This document shows, piece after piece, positions 6,479 to 16,221 of a stretch of DNA of 34,832 bases (positions are counted from its first letter, which is position 1; the number at the start of each line of letters is the position of its first letter). The position numbers and the translations under genes were made by a program. Source of the DNA: Candidatus Micrarchaeia archaeon (GTDB lineage: Archaea; Micrarchaeota; Micrarchaeia; CAILAH01); the NCBI GenBank assembly GCA_049970015.1, contig JBMFNT010000001.1:45865-80696 (forward strand), read 5' to 3'. The notes beneath the pieces were generated by a model, which was given only the letters and a program-made list of their open reading frames with translations, ran no database searches and was not told the origin of the DNA.

Positions 6479-9400
6479 ATGGGTTAAATGATGCACGTGC
6501 ACAGTTTATTGATGAATATTTTTTGCTACTGAAGGAAAAAGTCAACAATGCCCTTTCAGTTGCAAGGGAAGCGCGTGCCAAGCATTTTGACTATTGTGAT
6601 GACATTGAGATAACTTTGTCTCCAGATGTTGCCGGGCGTGTTGAAGGTATAGTTGGCCCAAAAGGCATAGCGGGCGAGATACGTAAGTTACTTACTGAAA
6701 AAAAGCAGCGTGATGAGATTGCGTTTGAGATTGCAAGAAAAATTGCAACTGGTGAGTTTAAGGCAGGGCATAGTGTTGAGGAGAGGTTGGAGCAGGCAAT
6801 ACGGACAGGTGTTGCAATATTAACTGATGGTGTGCTTGTTGCGCCAACCGAGGGAATTTCGGCAGTACGAATAGAAAAGAACCCTGACGGTTCAAGCTAT
6901 TTTGCAATGTATTTTTCAGGACCTATACGCTCTGCTGGTGGTACAGCAGCTGCTTTATGCGTGGTACTTGGGGATTATGTAAGGAGTCTTGCAGGCATTG
7001 GCGATTATATCGCGACTGAAACCGAGCTTATGAGGTATGTTGAGGAGATTAATCTTTATGATTCAAGGTGTGCCAGGCTTCAGTACAAGCCAAGTGATGA
7101 TGATATAAAATGGATTTTCAGAAATTGCAAGGTATGTATAAATGGAGACCCAACTGAGGAAGTGGAAGTTAGTGTATACCGCGACCTTGAGCGCATGAAG
7201 ACAAACCGTGTGCGTGGTGGTGTTGCACTTGTCAGTTGTGAAGGTATTGCGCAGAAAGCACGCAAGGTACTGAAAGTTACAAAGAAGTATAACCTTGATT
7301 GGGACTGGCTGGAGAAACTTGTAAAGGAAAAAAAGAAGGAGGACAAGATTGAGATTAAGCCTGATGACACTTTTCTTGATGGTCTGGTAACAGGCAGGCC
7401 GGTTTTTGCATATCCTTCCCGCTTAGGTGGGTTCAGATTGCGTTATGGCAGGACAAGATACACAGGCATAGCTGCAAAAGCGATACATCCTGCCACAATG
7501 TTCCTGCTCGATTCATTTCCTGCATTAGGTACACAACTCAAGATTGAGCGTCCGGGCAAAGGTGCAGTTGTAACACCTTGCGATACAATAATGGGTCCCA
7601 TTGTACGGCTTAAGAATGGTGATGTGGTATATATTGAAAATTCGCGTATGGCACAGGAGCTCAGTAGCAATGTTGAAAAAATACTGTTTCTTGGAGATAT
7701 GCTTGTCAGTTATGGTGATTTTCTTAAATCAAATCATGTATTATTACCATCCCCTTTTGTTGAGGAATGGTGGGACCTTCTTGCAAATGAGAAAGGAATT
7801 GTTTCAAGTCCTAAGAGTTCCAGGGAAGCATTCCAAGTTAGCAGGGATACTGGTCTTCCATTATACCCTAAATATCTCTTTTTTTGGAATGAAATCTCTA
7901 TTGAAGAATTAGTATATTTGGTTGATGTGCTCTTGAACTCAAAAATAGAGTTTGACTGGTTTGAGTTAAAGCAGATTTTGATAAAGATGGATGAGCGTGC
8001 AAAAGATGTGCTGGAACGGTTGGGAGTGCCGCACAAAGTATGTGATGGTAACATAGTAGTGGATTCCGAGAATGCATATACCTTGCTTTCAACCATAGGA
8101 TTATTGCAGCATGACAATTCGATATCAAGAGAGCGTTTTGACTCAGCACGTAATAATAATACGGATGTATGTAGTATACTGAGCCGAGCGAGTGGTGTTG
8201 AGATCCGCAGAAAATCTACTTATTACATAGGCGCACGTATGGGGCGCCCAGAGAAAGCAGATGAGCGTGCAATGGTAGGGTCAGTCAATGGCCTATTTCC
8301 AATATCTGAACTTGGCGGTAAGAATAGGAGTGTAATCACTGCAGTAAAGAGCAACTATTCGACCAGGCTTAATGTAGATATAGTTGAGCTTAAGTGTACA
8401 AAGTGTGGCAATATTACATTCAGGCCAGTTTGTGAGAGGTGCAATTCATTGATAATGTTTGATGTCTCAAGCATTACACATTCAAACCGTGCAATAAACT
8501 TAAAGGAGCTGTATGAGCATGCATGCAAGTCTTTGGATGTCTCACCTGAAGAATTCCGGCTTGTGAAAGGGCTTACAAACAGTACGAAAATCCCTGAGCC
8601 TATTGAGAAAGGAATCCTGCGTGCAATCCATAATGTAACAGTTTTCAAGGACGGCACATGCAGGTTTGATTCTACGGATGTGCCGGTTACACATTTTAAA
8701 CCCAAAGAGATTGGTGTAAGTGTTGAGAAACTGATTGAGCTTGGGTATAAATATGATGCTGATGGTAGGCCATTGGAACATGATGAACAAGTAATCGAGC
8801 TTATGCCACAGGATGTAATACTATCTGAAAATGCAAGCGGGTTTATGGTTCGTGTGGCGCAGTTTGTTGATGACCTTCTTATAAGATTCTATGGCATGAA
8901 ACCATTTTACAATGTTAAGGATAAGAGTGATTTGATAGGCCACCTTGTCATAACACTTTCTCCGCACACCTCAGCAGGCGTCCTGGGTAGGCTGATAGGT
9001 TTTGTAAAAGGTAGGATAGGATTATCACACCCATATGTAATATGCGCGCGTAGAAGGAATGCGGATGGAGATGAGGATAGTGTTATGTTGTTAATGGATG
9101 CATTCCTCAATTTCTCAAAATTGTACCTTCCGGAAACGAGGGGCGCAACAATGGATGCACCGCTTGTGCTCACAACAGTAGTCGATCCTATGGAGATTGA
9201 TGATGAGGCCCATGCCATGGAGGTTGTTGATGGGTATACACTTGAGTTTTACAATGCAACACAGGAGTATGTCCCACCAGGAAAGGTTGTCGTTGAGACT
9301 GTGGAGAAGAGGCTTGGAAAGAAAGATGTGTTTTATGGTATAAAATACACCCATGAAGTGAACGATATAGGTGATTCCCCAGTATATTCTGAATATGTTC

Positions 9401-9804
9401 AGCTTGGCACAATGAAGGAAAAGCTTGATAGGCAGTTTGAGTTGTGTAGTAAAATACGTGCAGTTGACATAAAAGATAATGCCGCACGACTTTTATCATC
9501 TCATTTTATACCCGATATATATGGCAACCTGCGTTCTTTCTCTAGGCAGTCTTTCAGGTGTGGTAATTGTAATGCAAGTTATAGGAGGGTGCCTTTACGA
9601 GGTAGTTGTGAGAAGTGTGGTGGAAGGCTTCTACTCACAATCAACAAAGGTGGTATCGAGAAATACATAGACCTTGCAAAATATCTCATAAGGAAGTATG
9701 ACCTGCCACCTTACACAATGCAGAGGCTTGAGCAGGTTGAGAAGGAGATAGAATCCATTTTTGAAGATGAGACAAAGAAACAGAGCTCACTTGCACAGTT
9801 CCTG
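6475..9804 (+). CDS. polD2: DNA polymerase D large subunit DP2 domain (no stop here; the ORF continues to 10833)
   Basis: GPIRSAGGTA, GGFRLRYGRTR, GARMGRPEK, catalytic RRNADGDED, Zn-binding CxxC clusters, PIP-like KQSSLAQFL ending at 9804. Confidence 0.96.
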
Positions 9805-9840
9805 CAATATATTTTTATTATGTTATTGTGCTATTTTCAC

Positions 9841-10833
9841 ATGCAAAAGACAAGCTACACGCGTGATGATGTTATTTCAATCTCAAAACTTATGGTTGGC
9901 CAAAAAGTGTCAGGAATCCTGGCAGTAAAAATAAAAAAGCCGATAGACACTTACAAGAAAGGTTATAGGCTTGACCTTTTACTTACAGATGTCACAGGCG
10001 ATAGTATAAGTTTTACTTTATGGGGCAGTATACAGGATAAAGAGAGGCTAGAACAATTGCTTCAAACTATAGACCAGGATGGTGTGGTTTATGTTAGTGG
10101 TGAGGTTGGAGCATACCATGATGAGCTTGTAATAAACAGTAATAGCCTTGATGGGGTACGTCCTCTTGGTCAATCTGAGTATGAGAGAGATGCATTTATT
10201 CGTGGGCCTTTAAGAGATGTGCAGGTGATGAAACAGGAGTTGAGTTATTTTATGAACTCCGTGAAGGATCCCGATTGCTCAAGATTGCTCCATACTCTAT
10301 TTACGGATGAGTTTATAGATATGTTTTCAGTGCACCCCGGAGCAATACAATACCATCATAATAGAATTGGTGGTTTGCTGGAGCACACACTCGAAGTTGC
10401 ACATTTATGTGATAAGATGTGTGAGTTGAGGAGAGAACTTAACAGGGATCTTATGATAACTGGTGCGCTTGTTCATGATATTGGCAAGCTAAAAGAAATT
10501 GAGGTCAAGACCCGGATTAAGGCCAACCCGGAGGCGCAGTTGGTAGGCCATCTTATGTATACCGCGATGATGCTTGAAAATGCCTTTGAAAGTGCAAATA
10601 CTCCAGAACTGTTACGCTCAAAAATACTACACATAGCATTGAGCCATCATGGCAAACACGATTATGGAGCGGTAAAGGAGCCAATGTTTCCTGAGGCAAT
10701 GGCTGTACATACAGCAGATGTTATGAGTGGATATGTAGTTGGCATGCTTGACTTTGTTATCGAAAAGAGGGAGACTACTTTGGATAAGACGGTGTACTGT
10801 GGCAACCTAAAGAGAAATGTTTATTTAGAGTAG
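9841..10833 (+). CDS. YhaM/CBF1-like OB-fold + HD-domain 3'-5' exonuclease (330 aa), in frame with DP2
   Basis: OB-fold LTDVTG...VYVSGEVGAY; HD motifs HHNRIGGLLEHT, HDIGK, SHHG, HTAD. Own ATG at 9841 preceded by an AT-rich TATA-like segment. Confidence 0.85.
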   Translation: MQKTSYTRDDVISISKLMVGQKVSGILAVKIKKPIDTYKKGYRLDLLLTDVTGDSISFTLWGSIQDKERLEQLLQTIDQDGVVYVSGEVGAYHDELVINSNSLDGVRPLGQSEYERDAFIRGPLRDVQVMKQELSYFMNSVKDPDCSRLLHTLFTDEFIDMFSVHPGAIQYHHNRIGGLLEHTLEVAHLCDKMCELRRELNRDLMITGALVHDIGKLKEIEVKTRIKANPEAQLVGHLMYTAMMLENAFESANTPELLRSKILHIALSHHGKHDYGAVKEPMFPEAMAVHTADVMSGYVVGMLDFVIEKRETTLDKTVYCGNLKRNVYLE

Positions 10834-10870
10834 TAGTGGTACACTTTCAGGTGCAATTTATTAATCACCA

Positions 10871-11719
10871 TCATATTCCACCAAGCATATATGATATTAT
10901 ACCAAGAATTAATGCATAAAGCGAGATGCGCCTGCCCATCTCTTTTTGCTTTTGCGCCCCGTAAAACAAGTATGAAGAATAAAGAAACATGCAAACAGAT
11001 ACAAGCATAGGAACTAAGTAAAGTGTATTTCCCTTTAAAGGTGGAATTTCAAAGTAGAGATACAGTGCCAGTGCAGATGCAATGATCATGAGCAAGAGCG
11101 CAACATGTAATGAATAAGATTTCCCTATAAATACCGGTAAGGTTTTTGAACCCCTAGCCGCAACATCCCCTTCAATATCCTGTACAGTTTTCTGGATTTC
11201 TCTCCCTAGCCCTGAAATGAATGAAATTATTGCGACATATATTACTACTGATGAGATGTTTTCAGCAAACGAAAGTGAGGTAAATATGAATATGATGCTC
11301 ATAGAGGCAGCCACTATTATATTACCAATGAGTGCAACATCCTTTAGTTTCCAATCGTAAAGTATTGATAATAGCGCAAAAACAACCGCTATCATGAATG
11401 GGTAAACACCTAGTGGATATGCGATTAAAGTGCCTAAAACAATTAACAGTACGGCTATTTTAAGCGCATCCTCTTTTGTTATCTCACCCCTTACAATTGG
11501 CCGGTTCTTTCTGTTTAGCCTATCGCTCTCCGCATCAAAATAATCATTTAGTGCGAATGCCCCAGCTGATATTAGCAGTGGACAGGCAAGTGCAAACAAC
11601 AATTTATCATAGCTTGGTTGTATGTCTGCAAGCAGGATCACAACAAAAACTCCTAACACGAGCATTATTGAATGCTCCATCCGTGTAAGTTCGATGAATG
11701 TTCTGATTTTCATCTTCAA
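10871..11719 (-). CDS. UbiA-family prenyltransferase, probable digeranylgeranylglyceryl phosphate synthase
   Basis: NDYFDAESDRLNRKNRPIVRG and REIQKTVQDIEGD...TLP aspartate-rich motifs, many TM helices. Confidence 0.85.
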   Translation of the reverse strand: MKMKIRTFIELTRMEHSIMLVLGVFVVILLADIQPSYDKLLFALACPLLISAGAFALNDYFDAESDRLNRKNRPIVRGEITKEDALKIAVLLIVLGTLIAYPLGVYPFMIAVVFALLSILYDWKLKDVALIGNIIVAASMSIIFIFTSLSFAENISSVVIYVAIISFISGLGREIQKTVQDIEGDVAARGSKTLPVFIGKSYSLHVALLLMIIASALALYLYFEIPPLKGNTLYLVPMLVSVCMFLYSSYLFYGAQKQKEMGRRISLYALILGIISYMLGGI

Positions 11720-11799
11720 AATCCTTATCTATGAAACTTATTAAACTTATATCATCTCAAATAATATTTGTGTAATATACTGATTGCGAGGTGTTATGC

Positions 11800-11967
11800 T
11801 TGGCAAAGTTTCCTGAAGCTGAAGCTGTTCTTATGAATGTATTAGTATGCAAGAAATGCAAGGCAAGAAATCCATCAACGGCCGAGAAATGCAGAAAGTG
11901 CGGTTACAGGTATCTAAGGAAAAAGAAGAAAGGCAAAGGTGCAAAGGCGGGCGGTGCTGCCAAGTAG
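11800..11967 (+). CDS. rpl40e: 50S ribosomal protein L40e (TTG start; missed by the ORF track)
   Basis: Manual translation [64 protein letters not shown] at 11788-11793. Confidence 0.93.
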   Translation: MAKFPEAEAVLMNVLVCKKCKARNPSTAEKCRKCGYRYLRKKKKGKGAKAGGAAK

Positions 11968-12084
11968 ATGGATTTTTAGTTGTTTATTCCTTTATTTGTA
12001 TTTGCAGGGGTGGCGTCAGATCACCTTTGGTGATAACCCGCCAAATCGCCTTGCGATTCATGCCCCGGCATTCGTTTCACTCAA

Positions 12085-12260
12085 GCAGGGGTGGCGGAGC
12101 CTGGTCAAACGCGCAGGACTTAAGTATTTGTAAGCCACTTAATGTCCCCTTTAGTTGTGCTGATACAAACAATACTTAAGTAATGACCCTCGTAAGAGGG
12201 GATGATATTAAGAAATCCTGTGGCCTAGCGCCTGCGAGAGTTCAAATCTCTCCCCCTGCA
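12085..12260 (+). tRNA. tRNA-Leu(TAA) with a 90-nt intron at 37/38 (12125-12214)
   Basis: GCAGGGG/CCCCTGC acceptor, CAGGA/TCCTG anticodon stem, TAA 12121-12123, long variable arm, GAGAG-TTCAAAT-CTCTC. BHB CTTA/TAAG with AGT and AAA bulges. Confidence 0.93.
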
Positions 12261-12409
12261 CTTTTTCTTTTTCGCAGAAAAAGAAAACCTGCACTAAAAG
12301 AAAAAGGCGGATAGAAGAAAAATGCAAAAGTATGTTTTGTTTACTTTTTCTTTTTCGCAGAAAAAGAAAACCTGCACTAAAAGAAAAAGGCGGATAGAAG
12401 AAAAATGCA
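12260..12409. repeat. Exact 67-bp direct repeat (12260-12326 and 12343-12409, period 83) containing hairpins
   Basis: ACTTTTTCTTTTTCGCAGAAAAAGAAAACCTGCACTAAAAGAAAAAGGCGGATAGAAGAAAAATGCA twice, immediately 3' of tRNA-Leu. Confidence 0.95.
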
Positions 12410-12490
12410 GGAAAAAGGTAAATAGTAGTATTGGAAGATAAAAATGGCAAATTTTAGTTTTTTAAATTCAGCAGTAGAATATGTTCTGTT

Positions 12491-13231
12491 ATGGGAAGCG
12501 AGCAGACATATGCACAGAAAAAGGAAGAGGAAGAGCTTGAGAAGAAGAGAAGAAAGGCACATGAAAAGGAGTTTGAGAAGGGTAGGGAGTTTAAGGCACC
12601 TGAGATGAAGATAGAGACACCCAAAGCAGAAGCTAAGAAGGAGGGTGAACCCAAACAAGCTTATGAGGCATCCCTTAAGACAACTGTTTTGGAGAAGGAT
12701 ATTGTAATTGATGATAGAGGTACAGTTTCAAAGAAGTATGAGGGCAAAGAGACACTGGAGGTAAAGAAGACAGATATTTACGAGGAGGAAAAGAGGCGAG
12801 AGGAAAAGCGGATGGTGGAGGAGGAAAAATACAAAGAAGAAGAGAGAGAAAAGGAGAAGGAAATACGCAAAAGAATAACGAGCAAGGAATCTGCAGCAAC
12901 AGTTGAGCGTATGGAACAAAGAGAGAGGGAGGCGGGTGAGAGAAAAGCTTCTGATGAGGAAAAGATACGCATAAGAATTGAGCGCGAGAATGCGCTTAGA
13001 AAGAGCATTGAGGAGCATGAGAAGCAAGCAGAGGAGCGCAGGAAAGATATTGATAGGCTTAGAAAGTTATTGGTCGAAAAAAGGAAAAAGGTTAGTAGTG
13101 AGGTTGATGCTATTCAAAAGATTTTGTTGGGGCCGTTCACGAAAGAACGAAAGGGAATGTATCTTGATAGATTTATTAAATCGATGGACTCGTTTATTAA
13201 ATTACTTATCAAGAGAAGCAGGAGATTGTAG
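12491..13231 (+). CDS. Hypothetical highly charged (E/K/R-rich) helical protein
   Basis: 246-aa ORF filling the gap between tRNA-Leu and gltX, with low-complexity EK/ER tracts. Confidence 0.7.
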   Translation: MGSEQTYAQKKEEEELEKKRRKAHEKEFEKGREFKAPEMKIETPKAEAKKEGEPKQAYEASLKTTVLEKDIVIDDRGTVSKKYEGKETLEVKKTDIYEEEKRREEKRMVEEEKYKEEEREKEKEIRKRITSKESAATVERMEQREREAGERKASDEEKIRIRIERENALRKSIEEHEKQAEERRKDIDRLRKLLVEKRKKVSSEVDAIQKILLGPFTKERKGMYLDRFIKSMDSFIKLLIKRSRRL

Positions 13232-13239
13232 TCTATGCA

Positions 13240-14910
13240 TTAATCAACTTTTATAAATCGCATTTCTTTTTTATCATCTAGTATAAAAAATCCCATTCTT
13301 TCAAATTGGACTACTTCATGTTCTTTTATTAAAGCAGCATTACTCTCACACATACCTTCGATCTCCAGAAGGCTCCTTTCATTCTTTTTTTCATTTATTA
13401 ATGGCCTGTCAATCAACCAGAATGTGCACTTGATTGCAGTTTTTTCATCAACCCATTGTATTTTCATAACATCCCTAAGTACCTGCTGGTCTTTGCAAAC
13501 CTTTGCAATGGCAGTATCTTCTACTATTTCTTCTATCTTAACATTCTTCAAGTCTTTTAGCCTTACCATCTCGCCCTTTTTAATGATCTTGAAATCATCT
13601 TCAGAAATAAGAAAATTGTTTGAGTATGGAACCTCTCTTCCCCCTACTGTTACCATTCCAACCCCCATATCTTTCACAATCATTTTTTTTGGCTTTGCAA
13701 CCCCAAAATAATGTTTTGCAATTGGATCATAGTATTTTCTGGTTTCTGCAACAAGTTTCTTTAGGTCTGTATTAACATCTAGCTTGCTCAATCCAAAAGA
13801 TAGTGAAAACTCAATGATTGCTCTTGGAGGTATCCCCCTTCTTCTCAATCCAGCAATCGTTACCAAGCGCGGGTCATCATACCCCATCAAAAACCCATTC
13901 TCTATCAATGGCCTGATAAGCCGCTTGCTTACGGGATATCCTTCTATTGCTACGCGCGCATATTCATAATAGAATATTTCAGGAAAACCGCCAGCTCGTA
14001 GCAGTGCTCTGTGCAGGTCAGCCCTGAGCTCAAACTCTTTTGACCTCAAAACAGTGTTTATTCCAAATAGCGCATCGCTGATAGGATTCTCAAAGTCATA
14101 TGTTGGATATACTCTATACTTTTTCCCTTGCCTGTAATGTTTGGCATTTATTATTCTGTAAAGCGTAGGATCTCTCATGACACTATTCGCAGATTTCATA
14201 TCCCCCTTAAATCGTATTATTGCATCCCCTTCTTTCAAAGAAACCTTCATCTCGTTCCATATCTTTATGTTTTCATTGGCATTTCTTTTTCTGCATTTAC
14301 ACTCTTTGCCCAATGCACGATTTTTCCTTATTTCATCTTGTGTACATGTGCATGCATATGCACTGCCATTCAAAATCATCTTTTCGCATATTTTCTCAAG
14401 ATCATCCAATATGTCAGATACAAAAAGTATTTTATCCGGTTTTATACCTATCCATTCTATATCATTGAGTATTGCATCAACAAACTCCTGCCTGCAAGTT
14501 TTTGGGTTTGTATCATCAAACTTGACATAAAACTTTCCGTTGTAATTGTCTGCAACCATCTTGTTTATAATAAGTGTTTTAGCATGTCCAATATGAAGAT
14601 ATCCGTTTGGCTCTGGAGAAAACCTTGTAACCACATTTTCATTTTTAACCCCTGGAATAGCCCATTCGCGCTTTTCAATTTTCTTAACCTCAACAAAGCC
14701 ATATGATGCATACTCCCTATCTATTTCTTCCTTTGTCAGTGAGTTAACTGCACTACAAATCTCATCTATTATCCGCATTGTTTCCTTCATATTGCCTTTC
14801 ACTTCAGGTGCTTCTGCTATAACTTTTCCAATCACAGATTTTGGATCTGCCTTCCCATACATGTGTGCATTTTTTATTGCAATCTTCCTTATGATTTGGC
14901 GAACTTCCAT
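13240..14910 (-). CDS. gltX: Glutamyl-tRNA synthetase
   Basis: N-terminal AIKNAHMYGKA extension, RFSPEPNGYLHIGHAK (HIGH), FDDTNP, VSKR, DDPRL, VVQFERMGF. Confidence 0.93.
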   Translation of the reverse strand: MEVRQIIRKIAIKNAHMYGKADPKSVIGKVIAEAPEVKGNMKETMRIIDEICSAVNSLTKEEIDREYASYGFVEVKKIEKREWAIPGVKNENVVTRFSPEPNGYLHIGHAKTLIINKMVADNYNGKFYVKFDDTNPKTCRQEFVDAILNDIEWIGIKPDKILFVSDILDDLEKICEKMILNGSAYACTCTQDEIRKNRALGKECKCRKRNANENIKIWNEMKVSLKEGDAIIRFKGDMKSANSVMRDPTLYRIINAKHYRQGKKYRVYPTYDFENPISDALFGINTVLRSKEFELRADLHRALLRAGGFPEIFYYEYARVAIEGYPVSKRLIRPLIENGFLMGYDDPRLVTIAGLRRRGIPPRAIIEFSLSFGLSKLDVNTDLKKLVAETRKYYDPIAKHYFGVAKPKKMIVKDMGVGMVTVGGREVPYSNNFLISEDDFKIIKKGEMVRLKDLKNVKIEEIVEDTAIAKVCKDQQVLRDVMKIQWVDEKTAIKCTFWLIDRPLINEKKNERSLLEIEGMCESNAALIKEHEVVQFERMGFFILDDKKEMRFIKVD

Positions 14911-16190
14911 AAGATTTCCTCCAATTCCTTATTCCTTTTCACTCTGTATTTTATATTTATTACAGGAATATTTGTGTCCAGCAAGTTAGAAATATTGGTA
15001 GGGGTTGCACATATTATCCCATCAGGTCTTGAGCTTAAAATTGTCTTTCTTAGGTCCGCAATTTGATTTTTTGAGTAACCAATTGCAGGCACAACCTTCT
15101 CGATGTGTGGATATTGCTCATATATTTTCTTGTATATCCCTTTTGCATACTTTCTTCCATCCAATATATCACACCTTGCTTTTTTTGCAACTATATACCC
15201 TATACCATAAGGCATTCCACCATGTGTTATTGTTGGTCCATCCTCCACTATTATTACTCTCATGTTTTTCTGCAAATTTCCTTCTACAGCATGCTCGAGT
15301 GACATGCGTATTACCGTGGCATTTGGATTTAATAGTTTTGCGTTCTCACGCACAACATTCTCCCCTTTTCTGGAGTACTCCCATTTGTTTACTGCAATCA
15401 CATCACACATCCTGAAATTAACCTCACCGGGATGGTATAATGTTTCATGGCCAGCACGTATTGCATCCGCCACAGTTATCATCAGGTCCGGAACGAAGAA
15501 CGGAAAATCATTGTTTCCACCATCCCATATTATGATATCTGAATGCTTTTCAGCTAGCCTCAATATTTTCTTATAATCAACTCCTGCATATACAGTAAAT
15601 CCGTTTCGTATATGTCTTTCATAATCCTCACGCTCTTCCAAGGTACACTTATTCCTGTCTAGGTCCTCTATGGTTCTGAACACTTGCACCTCTTGCTCTA
15701 TAAGGTTTCCGTATGGCATTGGATGCCTTACGATTGATACATTTTTCCCAATACTACTCAAATATTTACTTATGTATTCAGTCATCGGGCTTTTCCCAGC
15801 ACCCGTTCTTGTAGCACATACTGCAATCACTTTCTTTTTACTTCGTATCATTGTGCTTTTTGGTCCGAGAAGCATGAAGGAAGCACCGGCTGCAAGTGCC
15901 CGTGATGCTATGTGCATTACTTCTATATGGCTTAAATCAGAGTATGAAAGGCATACTATGTCTACATTGTGTTTTTTTACTATTGATTCCAGCATCTTTT
16001 CATCATATATAGGTATGTCATTTTTGTAAAGGTTACCAGCCAATTCTTTTGGGAACATTTCTTTCTCAACTGGCAGTTGTGCATGTGTGAACCCAACAAC
16101 TTTGTATGCCGGGTCATCCCTGAATACAGTGATAAAATTATGATAATCCCGCCCGCTTGCGCCTACGATCAGCACACGCTTATATGTCAT
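14889..16190 (-). CDS. COG2403 P-loop protein (cyclic 2,3-diphosphoglycerate synthetase-like; possible arginine synthetase ArcE)
   Basis: GASGRDYHNF, ATRTGAGKS, RHPMPYG, TLEEREDYE, AGVDY, WDGGNND, EDGPTITHGGMPYG. Confidence 0.8.
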   Translation of the reverse strand: MTYKRVLIVGASGRDYHNFITVFRDDPAYKVVGFTHAQLPVEKEMFPKELAGNLYKNDIPIYDEKMLESIVKKHNVDIVCLSYSDLSHIEVMHIASRALAAGASFMLLGPKSTMIRSKKKVIAVCATRTGAGKSPMTEYISKYLSSIGKNVSIVRHPMPYGNLIEQEVQVFRTIEDLDRNKCTLEEREDYERHIRNGFTVYAGVDYKKILRLAEKHSDIIIWDGGNNDFPFFVPDLMITVADAIRAGHETLYHPGEVNFRMCDVIAVNKWEYSRKGENVVRENAKLLNPNATVIRMSLEHAVEGNLQKNMRVIIVEDGPTITHGGMPYGIGYIVAKKARCDILDGRKYAKGIYKKIYEQYPHIEKVVPAIGYSKNQIADLRKTILSSRPDGIICATPTNISNLLDTNIPVINIKYRVKRNKELEEILWKFAKS

Positions 16191-16221
16191 ATTTTTAAAT
16201 TTATAGTAAAAAGTTTAATAT
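16191..16221. promoter_or_regulatory. 31-bp bidirectional promoter, probably leaderless
   Basis: TTTAAATT at 16194-16201 is ~25 nt before ATG 16222. TATTAAAC on the minus strand (16220-16213) is ~25 nt before ATG 16190. No RBS visible. Confidence 0.5.

Noticed and set aside
6475..9804. Intein as the reason for the 1452-aa DP2 ORF
   Set aside because: DP2 motifs are contiguous with no Hint/LAGLIDADG block or HN-C/S/T junction; the extra length is the C-terminal OB+HD region. PolB and RpoA' also look intein-free.
9805..9807. Alternative genetic code or programmed read-through explaining the DP2 fusion
   Set aside because: The codon is CAA, not a stop, and TAA, TAG and TGA all end conserved genes at expected places elsewhere in the window.
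11847..12658. ORFs 11847-12179, 11939-12133, 12208-12450, 12377-12658 and 12454-12654
   Set aside because: They overlap L40e in other frames, tRNA-Leu, the repeats, or the antisense of the 12491 gene.
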